Position numbers and translations under genes: made by a program
Assembly (NCBI RefSeq): GCF_009914755.1
Contig: NC_060948.1
Length of the DNA: 64,000 bases
Direction: 5' to 3' (one strand)
Source: the human T2T-CHM13v2.0 reference genome, Homo sapiens
In this document: positions 62,791 through 64,000 of the stretch, one piece after another
Position numbering within the stretch: position 1 is the stretch's first letter
Layout: each line of letters starts with the position of its first letter
Notes under the pieces: model-generated
Databases searched by the model: none
What the model was told of the DNA's origin: nothing
The model's input: the letters and a program-made list of their open reading frames with translations, nothing else

Positions 62791-64000
62791 ATACACATAC
62801 GTGTGCATAGGTCTTTATAATAGAATTATTTATATTCTTTGGGTGTATAAACTGTAATGGGATTGCTGGGTCAAATGGTATTTCTGGTACTAGATGCTTG
62901 AGGAATTGCCACACTGTCTTCCACAATGGTCAAACTAATTTACATTCCCAAAAAGAGTGTAAAGGCATTCCTGTTTCTCCACAGCCTCACCAGCATCTGT
63001 ATTTTCTTGACTTTTTAATAATTGCCTTTCTGACTGGCATAAGATGGTATCTCATTGTGGTTTTGATTTGTGTTTCTCTGAGATTAGTGATGTTGACCTT
63101 TTTTCAATGTTTATTGGCTGCATAAATGTCTTTTTTTGAGAAATGTCTGTTCATATCCTTTGCCTACTTTTTGATGGGGTTGTTTGTTTTTGTCTTGTAC
63201 ATTTGTTTAAGTTTCTCATAGATTCTGCATGTTAGCCCTTTGTCAGATGGATAGATTGCAAAGATTTTCTCCCATTCTGTATGTTGCCTGTTCATTCAGA
63301 TAATAGGTTCTTTTGATATGCAGAAGCTCTTTAGTTTAATTAAATCCCATTTGTCAATTTTGGCTTTTGTTGCAATTGCTTTTGGTGTTTTATTCATGAA
63401 TTCTTTTCTCATGCCTATGTCCTGAATGGTATTGCTTAGGTTTTCTCCTAGGGTTTTTATGGCTTTAGGTCTTACATTTAAGTCTTTAATCTCTCTTGAG
63501 TTAATTTTTGTATAAGGTGTAAGGAAGGGATCCAGTTTTAGTTCTCTGCATATGGCTAGCCAGTGTTCCTAACACCATTTATTAAATAGAGAATCCTTTC
63601 CCCATTGCTTGTTTTTGTCAGGTTTGTCAAAGATCAGATGGTTGTAGATGTGTAGTATTATTTCTGAGATCTGTGTTTTGTTCCATTAGTCTACGTATCT
63701 GTTTTGGTACCAGTACCAAATTTTGGTTACTGTAGCCTTGCAGTATAGAAGTCAGGTAGTGTGATGCCACCAGCTTTGTTCTTTTTGCTTAGGGTTGTCT
63801 TGGCTGTACAAGGTGTTCTTTCATTCCATATGAACTTTAAAGTAGTTTTTTTTTTTTTTATTCTGTGAAGAACATCAATGGTACTTTGATGGGAATAGCA
63901 CTGAATCTATAAATTGCCTTGGGCAGTAAGGCCATTTTTATAATAATGATTCTTCCTATCCATGAGGATGGAATGTTTTTCCATTAGTTTGTGTGCTGTC
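62791..64000 (-). mobile_element. Older L1PA host element, continuation (ORF2), runs off window end
   Basis: ORF 62741..62926 (WKTVWQFLKHLVPEIPFDPAIP); collinear with 56545-56750. Confidence 0.9.

Overview
Eukaryotic, primate DNA: AluY and an L1PA2-type LINE point to a great ape or human. The window is dominated by transposable elements: three near-full-length L1PA elements, a long L1PB, many Alus, MaLR/ERV1 LTRs and DNA-transposon fossils. No intact cellular protein-coding gene is present; most supplied ORFs are broken L1 ORF1/ORF2 pieces or chance ORFs. The most notable signal is missing from the ORF track: two collinear, intron-flanked exon relics (4729-4854 and 12329-12402) that translate to peptides of WWC3, an X-linked KIBRA-family Hippo scaffold. 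They form a decayed unprocessed WWC3 copy, most simply a Y-chromosome gametolog relic. That assignment is an inference, and the WWC3 sequence was recalled from memory, not searched. Also present are a processed GOT2 pseudogene fragment, an ERV1 env relic with its 3' LTR, an intact L1 ORF0, a tetrameric Alu, and several short locally templated insertions including a 168-bp inverted duplication. Repeat subfamily names come from recognised consensus motifs, and boundaries are approximate unless a TSD is given.
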